A program made the position numbers and the translations under genes. 64,000 nucleotides of DNA from a virus (Duplodnaviria; Caudoviricetes): positions 1,071 through 65,070 of the IMG/VR virus record IMGVR_UViG_3300033153_007660. One strand, given 5' to 3'. Positions 1 through 8,702 of the stretch are shown piece by piece. Position 1 is the stretch's first letter. Each line of letters begins with the position of its first letter. The notes beneath the pieces are model-generated. The model searched no databases. It saw nothing but the letters and a program-made list of their open reading frames with translations, and was not told the DNA's origin.

Positions 1-105
1 AACGGTACTGATGTCGACGGTGTAGCTATTATGAGCTACCATCTTCTCAGAGAAGTAGAACAAGAGCCTGAAACAAGTAACGAAGAAATCAGAATGATTG
101 AATAG
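1..105 (+). CDS. partial hypothetical protein (3' end)
   Basis: Frame 1 is open from the window edge to TAG at 103-105 and is followed by a terminator-like hairpin. Confidence 0.5.
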   Translation, partial: NGTDVDGVAIMSYHLLREVEQEPETSNEEIRMIE

Positions 106-125
106 TCCCTATAGGGCTTTTTTTT
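104..125 (+). terminator. intrinsic terminator
   Basis: AGTCCC-TATA-GGGCT hairpin followed by a T run. Confidence 0.6.
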
Positions 126-146
126 GGATTATTTTTTGAAGGCAGG

Positions 147-371
147 ATGACAGATATGGCTCCCGGAAAAGGAATGAGGAAAATAGCAGTTGCCAATGAA
201 CAATGGTACTGGAAAGTTGTTACATCTGTGGCCGAAAGCGGTTATGAGACAGAAAACATCTTAGTTATCTGTCGGGATAGACCACCATTTTATAAGAGAA
301 TCAATGGTGGAATCGGGAGAATCTGGACACCACACGAGGTAGCCGCTATAATCCAAAATACGCGGGAGTGA
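147..371 (+). CDS. hypothetical protein
   Basis: 74-aa ORF with AGG-rich RBS; ends at the start of a tRNA. Confidence 0.6.
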   Translation: MTDMAPGKGMRKIAVANEQWYWKVVTSVAESGYETENILVICRDRPPFYKRINGGIGRIWTPHEVAAIIQNTRE

Positions 372-437
372 AGGGAATCTGGTATACCTGGTTGACTTAA
401 AATCAACTGCTTGTCGGTTCGAGTCCGACCTTCCGCA
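362..437 (+). tRNA. tRNA-Leu(TAA), short variable loop
   Basis: Acceptor GCGGGAG/CTTCCGC; anticodon arm GTTGA-CTTAAAA-TCAAC; T arm GTCGG-TTCGAGT-CCGAC. Confidence 0.85.
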
Positions 438-458
438 CAAACAAAGAAAGAAAAGAAG

Positions 459-794
459 ATGGCACAACACATACCAATAGATGACATTGAGGAGATAGGG
501 GTACGAGTGACCTGGGACTTTGGAGTAATCACGTCACGGTTCAATTATGCCAAAGAAGAAACAGTCGAGAATCTAGTAGCAGAAGGACTGATTTCTGAAG
601 AAGTAGGCAAGGAGTTCTGTGAAACACATACCTTCATAATTCACAAGAGGGGTTGGTTTGGAGAACTTGCAGAGAAGATATTCGGCGCGAGCGCAGGTGG
701 TTGGGAATATAAGCTCGTCAAGATTCTTGACCCAAAGAAAAGAAAAGCTCCAGCTGAACCTCAAGCAGATAGTCGATTCGACAACGTAGAATAA
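459..794 (+). CDS. hypothetical protein with C-terminal RFDNVE tail
   Basis: ATG after a purine-rich RBS downstream of the tRNA. Confidence 0.7.
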   Translation: MAQHIPIDDIEEIGVRVTWDFGVITSRFNYAKEETVENLVAEGLISEEVGKEFCETHTFIIHKRGWFGELAEKIFGASAGGWEYKLVKILDPKKRKAPAEPQADSRFDNVE

Positions 795-878
795 GCCGGT
801 GTGGCTGGAATGGTATACACAGGGGACTCAAAATCCCCGGTTCTTCGGGACATGAGAGTTCGAATCTCTCCACCGGTA
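795..878 (+). tRNA. tRNA-Leu(CAA)
   Basis: GGGGA-CTCAAAA-TCCCC anticodon arm, long variable arm, TTCGAAT T loop. Confidence 0.93.
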
Positions 879-881
879 CAA

Positions 882-982
882 TGTAGTGTGTTGACAATGG
901 GTCAGTGGCGACGGCCATCAGAGGTTCGACTCCTCAATTTGTCCTGGGCAGGGAAACGGGTTCGAGTCCCGGGCACACTACA
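882..982 (+). ncRNA. tRNA-like RNA with two T arms and no anticodon arm
   Basis: Closing stem TGTAGTGTGT/GCACACTACA; GAGG-TTCGACT-CCTC and CGGG-TTCGAGT-CCCG arms. Confidence 0.55.
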
Positions 983-985
983 GTA

Positions 986-1057
986 GCTCCCGTCGTCTAC
1001 TGGCTAGGATAGTAGATTCTCAATCTACAGAAGAGAGATCGATACTCTCCGGGAGCA
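986..1057 (+). tRNA. tRNA-Glu(CTC)
   Basis: GCTCCCG/CGGGAGC acceptor; GTAGA-TTCTCAA-TCTAC; variant T loop ATCGATA. Confidence 0.85.
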
Positions 1058-1072
1058 CAAAGAGAGAAAGAT

Positions 1073-1561
1073 ATGATTATATTTCCGATACTTGCTATCA
1101 TTCCTACCTTCCTCTTCTGGGCATGGGCCCATGAGTTCTGTCATCTGTTAGCGCATAAAGTATGTGGAGCAGATGGGACCTATGTCATCAAGGTTCTCCC
1201 TCATAAGTGGAGAGACAAGTGGTATTTCGCCCGACTTCACTGGGTTCAGTACTTCATTCCTCCTGGAGGACTCACTCCAACTCAACGAGGGTTCATAGAA
1301 ATCGCTCCAAGATTTGTTGATCTTCTAGCAGTCATCGCTCTCCCCTTCGCTATACTTTTCCCTGGTGTCCTATGCTGGATGTGGATAGTATTCTGGGGAG
1401 GAGGCATCATTGACCTCATCGTCGGTTCGATTGGATGGTCAGAGAGGTCAGACTTGAGACAAGGAGCTTCCTGGTTCGAGATCAGCCCATGGATACTTCG
1501 GACAGTAGGCTTCACCCTAGCTATACTATCGACAGCCACTATGATTGCATGGATAGTGTAA
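1073..1561 (+). CDS. membrane protein with HExxH (putative zincin metalloprotease)
   Basis: Several hydrophobic segments; WAHEFCH motif. Confidence 0.55.
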   Translation: MIIFPILAIIPTFLFWAWAHEFCHLLAHKVCGADGTYVIKVLPHKWRDKWYFARLHWVQYFIPPGGLTPTQRGFIEIAPRFVDLLAVIALPFAILFPGVLCWMWIVFWGGGIIDLIVGSIGWSERSDLRQGASWFEISPWILRTVGFTLAILSTATMIAWIV

Positions 1562-1714
1562 CATGAAGAAAGTAACCAAAGAACAGCGTGCAATGTGGCT
1601 AAGAAATCTTCCTAAAAAAGATGACAAAGTAGCCAGAAAGCTTTTTCAACAGGCAATCAATAGACCCGATGTCCAAGCAGCACTCAAGACTGCTCGCAAT
1701 AACGACGCAACATA

Positions 1715-1990
1715 ATGTTCTTCTACGTCTACTCGGGGCTCATCATTACCACTATCCTGATGTCCCTAGCAAACAAGTGGTTGCTAGCTAAGGGCTCACT
1801 AAAGCCAGTCTATTGGATTGAGATAGTACTGAGCATCACCTACATCGCGACCAACTGCCTAGCTACTATCTGGCAGTCAGAGCTCGCTGCATTGCTCCTC
1901 TACATTCCACTAAATCTCTGGACCATGGCGATGGCAGTCAAAGGTCTAAGAAGAATGAAGTGTGAGGCCTTGTCCAATAGTATCAAATAA
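1715..1990 (+). CDS. small membrane protein
   Basis: Three hydrophobic segments; TAATG coupling with the upstream ORF. Confidence 0.6.
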   Translation: MFFYVYSGLIITTILMSLANKWLLAKGSLKPVYWIEIVLSITYIATNCLATIWQSELAALLLYIPLNLWTMAMAVKGLRRMKCEALSNSIK

Positions 1991-2177
1991 GGTATAAGGA
2001 CATGACAGAGAAGATACTCCGACTCAAGGCGTTAGCAAAAGACAAAGAGTACGATCCTGAGTTCTGCGCTGTTGCTCGATGCAGAAATAGGAGTATGGTA
2101 ATAGATGGGACGCACAAGCTGAGCAAAGAAAAGGTTCCGCTATGTGAAACTCATTGGGTAATCAGAGCAGATATGTA

Positions 2178-2250
2178 GGGTCAGTCGCCAACGGCAGGCA
2201 CTCGGTCTCCAAAACCGACGATGGGAGTTCGAATCTCTCCTGGCCCGCCA
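2178..2250 (+). tRNA. tRNA-Trp(CCA)
   Basis: TCGGT-CTCCAAA-ACCGA anticodon arm; encoded CCA end. Confidence 0.9.
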
Positions 2251-2271
2251 ATAAAATAGAAGGAGAGAGCA

Positions 2272-2367
2272 GTGACTAAGAAGCCAGCGCGCAAGACCAA
2301 GAGATGGCTACGAGCCATGGGCAAGCGCAAGAGTCCTCGCAAGAAGATCAAAAAGAAAGGCAGGTAG
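2272..2367 (+). CDS. 31-aa highly basic peptide (not in ORF track)
   Basis: AGGAG RBS, GTG start, MTKKPARKTKRWLRAMGKRKSPRKKIKKKGR, stop 3 nt before the def ATG. Confidence 0.5.
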   Translation: MTKKPARKTKRWLRAMGKRKSPRKKIKKKGR

Positions 2368-2370
2368 CTA

Positions 2371-3036
2371 ATGAACCCAGAGACTACTGTCCTGGATAAG
2401 CAACCTCTCGCCCCACCTATCGACAAGATAGCTGTGTGGCCTGCTCAGATCCTTCGCAAGAAAGCTGAAGTAGTATCTGAGATCAACTCATCAACCGTGC
2501 AACTCATCATTGACATGTTTGTAACACTGAAGCAACTAGGCGGAATAGGTCTAGCTGCACCTCAGATGAAAGAGAACAAGGCCATCCTAGTCTACAGAGT
2601 AGGAGATGAACAAGGATGTATGATCAACCCAGTCATCTCCGACCAGAGTGAGAAGACAGAGATAGGACAAGAAGGATGTCTCTCATTCCCTGGCCTATTC
2701 ATCAACGTTCCTCGAGCAATGGAAATTGACGTAGAGTTCACTGACCTCGAAGGAGAGCGCAAGGTCGAGAAGTATCAAGGAAGAATGGCTCGTGTCATTC
2801 AGCATGAGGTCGATCACTTAGAAGGACGAGTAATCATCAATCACTTGTCTAAGCTTAAGCGCGACAGGATTATGAAGAAGGTCAGCCAAGCTCACAAGCA
2901 GCTGAAGTCTATACATGTGAAAGAAAAGTCTCATGACAGTGACAGGAAGCAACGGAGGGAAGAAGAAAAGAAGACAAGAAGAACCAAAGAGAAAGCTAAG
3001 CGAAAGCAGGCCCGTAAATCCCGACGTAAACGGTAG
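2371..3036 (+). CDS. def: peptide deformylase with basic C-terminal extension
   Basis: GIGLAAPQ, EGCLS and QHEVDH motifs. Confidence 0.95.
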   Translation: MNPETTVLDKQPLAPPIDKIAVWPAQILRKKAEVVSEINSSTVQLIIDMFVTLKQLGGIGLAAPQMKENKAILVYRVGDEQGCMINPVISDQSEKTEIGQEGCLSFPGLFINVPRAMEIDVEFTDLEGERKVEKYQGRMARVIQHEVDHLEGRVIINHLSKLKRDRIMKKVSQAHKQLKSIHVKEKSHDSDRKQRREEEKKTRRTKEKAKRKQARKSRRKR

Positions 3037-3481
3037 ACTCGACAGCTACAACTACAGTACCAACGAGTTCGTCAAGGACGAAGAGACTCTCAACTATTGG
3101 AAAGAGACCAGACTTGTCCAAAGAAGACTGTCTGACAAAGGTTTCGATATAAGTACAGACTCCTTTCTCGAGGCAGCTACTCTCCTAATAAGAGAGGGGG
3201 ATAGGGCTGATCATGTAGAGCGAGAGGCAGCCTCCAAAAAGGACGAGGAGAGTATAAAGGTTCGTCTTCTCCAAAGCCAAATCAATCAAAAAGACAAAGA
3301 GCTGCGAGGATCTGAGCAAGAGATAAATACCTGGAAAGAAAGAATCAAGACATTTGGTGAACATCAGGACGAATGCCTATACTTACAAGCTGATAGCTGC
3401 ATTAGATTAGACATAGAAGAGACCCTCGAAGAAAAAGACTTGTGTAACTGTGGCTGGCATGAGATAAAGACTAAGCTTTAG
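2933..3481 (+). CDS. hypothetical coiled-coil protein
   Basis: 182-aa ORF filling the gap before tRNA-Leu; start uncertain. Confidence 0.55.
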   Translation: MTVTGSNGGKKKRRQEEPKRKLSESRPVNPDVNGRLDSYNYSTNEFVKDEETLNYWKETRLVQRRLSDKGFDISTDSFLEAATLLIREGDRADHVEREAASKKDEESIKVRLLQSQINQKDKELRGSEQEINTWKERIKTFGEHQDECLYLQADSCIRLDIEETLEEKDLCNCGWHEIKTKL

Positions 3482-3563
3482 CGAACGTGGTGGAATCTGG
3501 TATACACGCTGGTCTTAGAAGCCAGTGCCTTCGGGATTGAGAGTTCGAATCTCTCCGTTCGCA
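3481..3563 (+). tRNA. tRNA-Leu(TAG)
   Basis: CTGGT-CTTAGAA-GCCAG, long variable arm, canonical T arm. Confidence 0.93.
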
Positions 3564-3669
3564 CAACCCCACAATTTAATCGATCCAAGGACTGAATCTG
3601 TCAGACCTATGGATTAGTATAATCAGGTCCCATTGGGACCACAAACCCTAACAGGAGAAACCTAAGAAA

Positions 3670-4734
3670 ATGAGTAGCGCAAACGTAACCCCACAGAAGA
3701 ACACGAAGGCTGAGATCTTCAGTGCCTATCAGATCAAGTGCCAGGAGCTAAGGTCACTCAAGGCCACCAAGCTGAACCCTGAGAAGATCAAGGTCGGCAA
3801 GCGAAAGGCAGCCACAGCGGAGAAGGTCAAAGGCCTGTCAATCGCTGGCATCTCCAAGAGTATCGAGACTCTGGAAACCAGAGCCACTGGCTTCCTCAGT
3901 GGGCTCAGAGATGAGTACGAGGGTGAGCTCGAGAAGCTCAACGACGTCAAGCAGGCCATCACCGATGCAGATGCTGAGCTCCAAGAGATCTTCGGCATCT
4001 CACGCGAGGCTGAGACCATGGCAGCTCTCGTTCAGGCCCAGAAGGAGCTGGCCGAGAAGGAAGCTGAAGCACGCGATTACCGCAGGGAGCAGTTCGAAGA
4101 GGACATGCGCCAGGCCAAGAAGAATTGGCAAGAGAGCAAGACTGACTACGAGAAGTCAGTCAAGCGCGAGATGACCGAGTCCACCGTCAAGCGTGAGCAA
4201 GAGCTCGCAGATGCTGAGTATGCCTTCGCTCGTCAGGTCAAAGAGAAGACTGATTCGCTGACCGATCAGCTCGACACCGAGAGAAAGAAGTTCAACGAGT
4301 GGAAGGAGCTCGAGACGAAGGGTCTGAACGGTCAGCGTGAGTCCTTCTTCAAAGATCGCTCAGCTCAGACCGTGCTCGAGACAGAGATCAAGGGCTTCGA
4401 GACTCGCATCAGTGAGTTCGAGACCGAGAAGGAGACCGCAGTCGCGACCGCGATTACGGCAGCCAAGAGTTCAGCTCAGAAAAGCTTTGGCATCGAAGTC
4501 AACGCTATCAAGAGGAACTACGAAGCAGATCTCAAGGTCAAGGATGGCGAAGTCACCAGCCTGACAAGCTTCAAGAACAGCTTGGATGCACGGGTCCAGG
4601 ACCTCAGTGCCAAGCTAGAAGTGGCCTACGAGAAGGTCCAGGCCGTCGCAGTCCAGGCCCTCCAGGCTCAGGGCAGCGTCAACACCGTCGCTCAGGTGCA
4701 GGCAGCTGTCGCTAACCGCGACTCGAAGCGCTAA
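3670..4734 (+). CDS. long coiled-coil protein
   Basis: 354 aa, E/K/A-rich heptads, AGGAG RBS, strong codon bias. Confidence 0.85.
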   Translation: MSSANVTPQKNTKAEIFSAYQIKCQELRSLKATKLNPEKIKVGKRKAATAEKVKGLSIAGISKSIETLETRATGFLSGLRDEYEGELEKLNDVKQAITDADAELQEIFGISREAETMAALVQAQKELAEKEAEARDYRREQFEEDMRQAKKNWQESKTDYEKSVKREMTESTVKREQELADAEYAFARQVKEKTDSLTDQLDTERKKFNEWKELETKGLNGQRESFFKDRSAQTVLETEIKGFETRISEFETEKETAVATAITAAKSSAQKSFGIEVNAIKRNYEADLKVKDGEVTSLTSFKNSLDARVQDLSAKLEVAYEKVQAVAVQALQAQGSVNTVAQVQAAVANRDSKR

Positions 4735-4742
4735 GCTTCACA

Positions 4743-4771
4743 GACATGGGTCAGGTTTCCTGACCCGTGTC
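4743..4771 (+). terminator. strong 13-bp hairpin (terminator or mRNA-stabilising stem)
   Basis: GACATGGGTCAGG-TTT-CCTGACCCGTGTC right after the stop; no U tract. Confidence 0.45.
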
Positions 4772-4970
4772 ACAATATGGCAGAGTGGGAATCCAACCAG
4801 ACCTGCGATATCTGTAAGAAAGATATCGGCGACGGAGATTACTGGTATGCCATCAGACAAGACGGTAAGAAAGTAGCTATTTGTAAGCCTTGCCAAGAAG
4901 GACTCACTGAGGTTGAGGAAGCTGATGCTCCTCCCTTTCCCGACAAAACCTGGTCACCAGAGGACAACTA

Positions 4971-5225
4971 ATGTTCACCGATGCACGTTCAGCTAAAGCA
5001 AACGCCAAAGCAAACAAGAAGCCTACTAAAAAACTAGACTATGCAGAGACTGCCGGTGACTGGAGCTGTTTTATTTTAGTCACTCTTTGTTGTGCCGCCG
5101 TCATTGCTGGAACTGTTGCCTTTTGTCTAAAATTCCCCATCGTAGCTGCAGGCATCGCTGGTCTCGTTCTCCTCTTCACGATCCCGCCTAAACTCTACTG
5201 TATGTGGAAAAACAGGGAGAGATAA
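4971..5225 (+). CDS. small membrane protein starting MFTDARSAK
   Basis: Two hydrophobic helices; TAATG coupling. Confidence 0.65.
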   Translation: MFTDARSAKANAKANKKPTKKLDYAETAGDWSCFILVTLCCAAVIAGTVAFCLKFPIVAAGIAGLVLLFTIPPKLYCMWKNRER

Positions 5226-5569
5226 TGTTTACTGATGCAAGAGCAGCTAAGCAAGAGGCAGAAAAGTTCATTGCTACAAATGGTGATGCAATATTTGAGG
5301 CTGCTTGTAGACTTGTCCAGAAAAAGATTAGTGATGCCATCAAAAATGGCAAAACATCTGTTCGTCTCCGTCGCGAACTCGAAAGCTTCGATGTTCGAGG
5401 CAAGTTAGAGTGGACGTGGTGCTGTTCAAAAGAAGTAGCAGGAACAGTAGCTAAGTATCTGAGAGCAGACGGATACAAGGTCAAGGTCTACTTCTTTGGC
5501 GGCCTCAAAATAGACTTTGACAATGCCACCGAAATGGTGCAACCTTCCAGGCTCGAGAAGAAACTCTAG
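5225..5569 (+). CDS. hypothetical protein starting MFTDARAAK
   Basis: TAATG coupling, GGAG RBS. Confidence 0.65.
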   Translation: MFTDARAAKQEAEKFIATNGDAIFEAACRLVQKKISDAIKNGKTSVRLRRELESFDVRGKLEWTWCCSKEVAGTVAKYLRADGYKVKVYFFGGLKIDFDNATEMVQPSRLEKKL

Positions 5570-5644
5570 TGGGAGTGAAGGGAACCAGGTATACCTTGTT
5601 GGTCGAGAGCCAACAGTTTGGGAGTTCGACTCTCCCCTCCCACA
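5569..5644 (+). tRNA. tRNA-Leu(GAG), atypical (C33, short variable loop)
   Basis: GTGGGAG/CTCCCAC acceptor; GTTGG-TCGAGAG-CCAAC; D arm resembles that of the Leu(TAA) gene. Confidence 0.7.
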
Positions 5645-5662
5645 CAAGGCAAAGGAGAACAC

Positions 5663-6490
5663 ATGCCCGAAGAGCAAATGCATGACAACGAAGTAGAAGC
5701 AAAGAAGGCTAAGCATTACGTAGCGTTCATCATGGACCGCTCGAGTTCCATGCGAAGCTTCGGAGCGGAGGCAGTAGATGCCTTCAACCAACAGATCGAG
5801 ACGACCAAGAAGACACTCGAAGACAAGGATACGATCGAGGCAGAGGTCTGCCTAGTTACCTTCTCTTCTACAGTCGACGCACCAGAGCTCTGGTGTAGAC
5901 CACTAGAGGAAGTGCAGCCCTGGAATCAGGAAGACTATCAGCCCTCAGGGATGACAGCTATGTTCGATGCCATGGGCTTTACAATCCAGAAGCTGAAGCA
6001 ACAGCCAGACATCGATGATCCAACTACTTCTGTACTCATAATCGTCATCACTGATGGGAATGAGAACAGCAGCAGAGAGTACCAGGCAAGCAGGATCCGC
6101 CAGCTAGTCAGCGAAGCAGAGGCTACCAATCGCTGGACGATCACCTATGAAGGTGCTAACGTGGACCTCAATGAAGTCCAGGATCAGATCCATGTGGCAG
6201 CTGGGAACATGCTGTCCTTCAACGCTAGTGCCCAAGGATTCTCAACCTCTACAGTAACAAGAGGAACAGCAGCAGGTGCCTATTACTCCACCGTTGACGA
6301 GGGAGTAGATAGATTCAGAGTAAGTGGATGTGCCGGAGACCTATCAACTAAGAGCTTCTACGGAGGAACTGATGATGGATCAATCTCTAGAGCAGGATCA
6401 AGCGCAGATACAAGCCCTGACTCTGTTGTTCAGACTACCTCTGATGGTACCGAAGGTACCGACGATACGAGCGAGGCTTCTCAGGACTAA
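5663..6490 (+). CDS. von Willebrand factor A (vWA) domain protein
   Basis: MIDAS-like DRSSSM, GMTAMFDA and VITDGNENSS. Confidence 0.85.
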   Translation: MPEEQMHDNEVEAKKAKHYVAFIMDRSSSMRSFGAEAVDAFNQQIETTKKTLEDKDTIEAEVCLVTFSSTVDAPELWCRPLEEVQPWNQEDYQPSGMTAMFDAMGFTIQKLKQQPDIDDPTTSVLIIVITDGNENSSREYQASRIRQLVSEAEATNRWTITYEGANVDLNEVQDQIHVAAGNMLSFNASAQGFSTSTVTRGTAAGAYYSTVDEGVDRFRVSGCAGDLSTKSFYGGTDDGSISRAGSSADTSPDSVVQTTSDGTEGTDDTSEASQD

Positions 6491-6681
6491 TGTCCATGAG
6501 ATACTGTAAGAACTGTGCAATGCACACCTCCCTCCCTCAGGTAGAGAACCTGGAGGAGGGGGAGTGTGAAGTCTGCGGGGACACCAAGCCCTGTATGGAT
6601 CTACCCGCAATCAGTCTATCTAAGAGTAAGATGAAGGAAGTACGACATAAAATGACCCTTAAGAAGGCAATTTCCAAATAA
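6490..6681 (+). CDS. small Zn-ribbon protein
   Basis: CKNC...CEVC. Confidence 0.55.
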   Translation: MSMRYCKNCAMHTSLPQVENLEEGECEVCGDTKPCMDLPAISLSKSKMKEVRHKMTLKKAISK

Positions 6682-6720
6682 TTTTTTAGAGCGGACTATG
6701 GTTCTAGAAAAATGAGAAAA

Positions 6721-6794
6721 CGGTGCGTAGCTCAGTTGCGAAGAGCATCTGGCTTTTAACCAGATTGTCGAGGGTTCGATCCCCTCCGCACCGA
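6721..6794 (+). tRNA. tRNA-Lys(TTT)
   Basis: TCTGG-CTTTTAA-CCAGA; canonical D and T arms. Confidence 0.92.
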
Positions 6795-6803
6795 CAACAA
6801 GAA

Positions 6804-6991
6804 CTCTCGCAAGAGAGGGTACCGAAAGGTGCACACCGAGGTAGTCGAGCTCAACCCTCGCTACCTCAAAAGAGGGAGTCCGGGCAAAACACAGGCTCTA
6901 GATGTTCTCTAGGCTTAGTGGGTCTGGCTGGTCCGCAAGGGATCCTAACGCGGCTAAGCTGGTAGTAGGTTCGAATCCTACACTCTCGCCA
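6804..6991 (+). ncRNA. structured RNA with GNRA hairpins ending in T arm + CCA
   Basis: CTCTC-GCAA-GAGAG, GTACC-GAAA-GGTGC, GAGGTAG/CTACCTC, GTAGG-TTCGAAT-CCTAC-ACTCTCGCCA. Confidence 0.5.
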
Positions 6992-6998
6992 AAAAAAC

Positions 6999-7070
6999 TG
7001 AGGGGTAGTTCAGTGGGAGAACGCCAGGTTTTGGACCTGGATGTCGAGAGTTCAATCCTCTCCCCCTCAA
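6999..7070 (+). tRNA. tRNA-Gln(TTG)
   Basis: T1-A72 acceptor TGAGGGG/CCCCTCA; CCAGG-TTTTGGA-CCTGG. Confidence 0.85.
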
Positions 7071-7083
7071 CAAGGAGATAGAG

Positions 7084-7344
7084 ATGGCAGTCAAGACAGA
7101 GAATTCATTCACGGCAGCACAAGAGAAGGCTTTTCGGAAAGCTGTACAAGAGAACATGTCTGTGTTCATTCGTGACGAGGCAAGAAGACTCGCCCACCTC
7201 GCAGTCAAAAGATACATTAAAGAGAAGAAGAAAGAACTCGACGTTGAGCTACGTAAACTAGTCAAGAAAGAGCTAGACGGCAAGCTTCCTGAGCTAGTAA
7301 AAGATTATCTCGACAAGACAGTTCTTGGGAGCTATGACTACTAA
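7084..7344 (+). CDS. hypothetical protein
   Basis: AGGAG RBS; lies between two tRNAs. Confidence 0.7.
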   Translation: MAVKTENSFTAAQEKAFRKAVQENMSVFIRDEARRLAHLAVKRYIKEKKKELDVELRKLVKKELDGKLPELVKDYLDKTVLGSYDY

Positions 7345-7347
7345 CAC

Positions 7348-7418
7348 TGGGGTATAAGCTAACGGTAAACTGACGGCCTCTGAAGTCGTTCTTCGGGGTT
7401 CAAATCCCTGTGCCCCAA
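7348..7418 (+). tRNA. tRNA-Gln(CTG)
   Basis: ACGGC-CTCTGAA-GTCGT; TGGGGTA acceptor. Confidence 0.88.
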
Positions 7419-7435
7419 CAAAGAAAGAAGAAGAG

Positions 7436-8398
7436 ATGTTCACTCCCAGCTATTCCTACGATGACATTGGTCTGGTTCCTCAGATGATGTCAACCATCGA
7501 CTCGAGAGACGAGTGCGATGTCACCCAGAGCTTCCTGGGCCTACGAAAGAAGCTCCCAATCCTGATCGCCCCCATGGAATCAGCTGTTGATATCGCTATG
7601 GTGAAGGAGGCAGCCAGACATGGAGTGAGTGCCTGCAGTCCCAGAGGACTACGACGGGGCAATAGTATTCCTACCGTATCAGTAAAGAACACGGCTCAAG
7701 AGTATGACATCAACGATAATCCAGACCTTGTCTGTCTGGACACGGCCAATGGGTATGCTGCTAACGTAGAGAAGGCAATCCAAACACTCAGGGACCTCAA
7801 CAAAAAGGTCAGAATCATTACGGGGAACGTAGGATCTCTAGCCGGATTTACATTTCTCAATGGGCTCGAGGTCAACGCTGTCCGAGTAGGCATAGGTAAC
7901 GGGTCTGTCTGCTCTACCTCTATCGCTACTGGAGTAGGGATGGGGCAAGCTACTCTAGTCAGACAGATAGCCAAGTGGAGAGAGGTAGCACAACCTAGCC
8001 ACAAGACAGCTATCATAGCTGACGGTGGTATCTGGACAGCAGGTCATGTCTCTAAAGCTATTGCACTAGGTGCCGACGTTGTTATGGCTGGCAGATTGTT
8101 CGCAGCTACCAAAGAGAGTCCCGGCGACGTTGTTAAGTTCCAAGGCAGACTTTACAAGCAGCACAAAGGACAAGCCTCCTTCGCAGTCAAAAGGTCTCAA
8201 CATTACGTAGAAGGGGATGACACACTGGTTCCTCTGATGGGGACAGTAGAAGAGGTCCTCGAGAGGATCAAAGATGGACTGAGGTCAGCCATGGCTTACA
8301 TGAACGCGCGCGATCTCAATGAGTTCCGCTATTATCCTGACCACTACTTCACTCTCCTATCAGGAGCAGCACACAGAGAACGAGGAATCTATGCCTGA
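7436..8398 (+). CDS. IMP dehydrogenase / GMP reductase family protein (no CBS domain)
   Basis: YDDIGLVP, APME, DTANG, GNV, RVGIGNGSVCST (catalytic Cys), IADGG, KAIALGADVVM. Confidence 0.88.
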   Translation: MFTPSYSYDDIGLVPQMMSTIDSRDECDVTQSFLGLRKKLPILIAPMESAVDIAMVKEAARHGVSACSPRGLRRGNSIPTVSVKNTAQEYDINDNPDLVCLDTANGYAANVEKAIQTLRDLNKKVRIITGNVGSLAGFTFLNGLEVNAVRVGIGNGSVCSTSIATGVGMGQATLVRQIAKWREVAQPSHKTAIIADGGIWTAGHVSKAIALGADVVMAGRLFAATKESPGDVVKFQGRLYKQHKGQASFAVKRSQHYVEGDDTLVPLMGTVEEVLERIKDGLRSAMAYMNARDLNEFRYYPDHYFTLLSGAAHRERGIYA

Positions 8399-8636
8399 CA
8401 GACAAGAAGAGATCCTGAAGACCCTCGAGGAGATTGAGGAAGGCAAAGGACAAACCCTTTCTGGTACATTCTGGAGGGCTAAGTACGAGCAGGACGTTAA
8501 GTGGCTGATGAAGGATAGATTAGCTAAACTAGACCAGCTGCTCAAGTTCAGAGAAGAGATCAAAAAGATCTGGACAATCGTAGAAGAACAGGGTAAAACA
8601 TTGAAAGAAGTACAGAAGAAACTATTGGGCTCGTAA
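8391..8636 (+). CDS. hypothetical protein
   Basis: GAGG RBS; overlaps the upstream stop. Confidence 0.55.
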   Translation: MPDRQEEILKTLEEIEEGKGQTLSGTFWRAKYEQDVKWLMKDRLAKLDQLLKFREEIKKIWTIVEEQGKTLKEVQKKLLGS

Positions 8637-8699
8637 CTCAACTGGTAGAGTTCCTGGTTTGCAACCAGGATGTAGCAGGTTCAACTCCTGTCGGGTCCA
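8627..8699 (+). tRNA. tRNA-Ala(TGC)
   Basis: CCTGG-TTTGCAA-CCAGG; G3-U70 pair in GGGCTCG/CGGGTCC. Confidence 0.92.
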
Positions 8700-8702
8700 C
8701 AA

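Noticed and set aside
1970-1998. Sigma70-like promoter TTGTCC-N17-TATAAG
   Set aside because: The implied start site falls at or past the next ATG (2002) and the -10 overlaps the RBS, so it may be chance.
6871-6885. RNase P RNA (GAGGGAGTCCGGGC resembles GAGGAAAGTCCGGGC)
   Set aside because: The element is too short and the conserved 3' P4 strand was not found.
6804-6991. canonical tmRNA
   Set aside because: It lacks the GGGG 5' end with an Ala G3-U70 acceptor, has no clear tag ORF, and is only ~190 nt.
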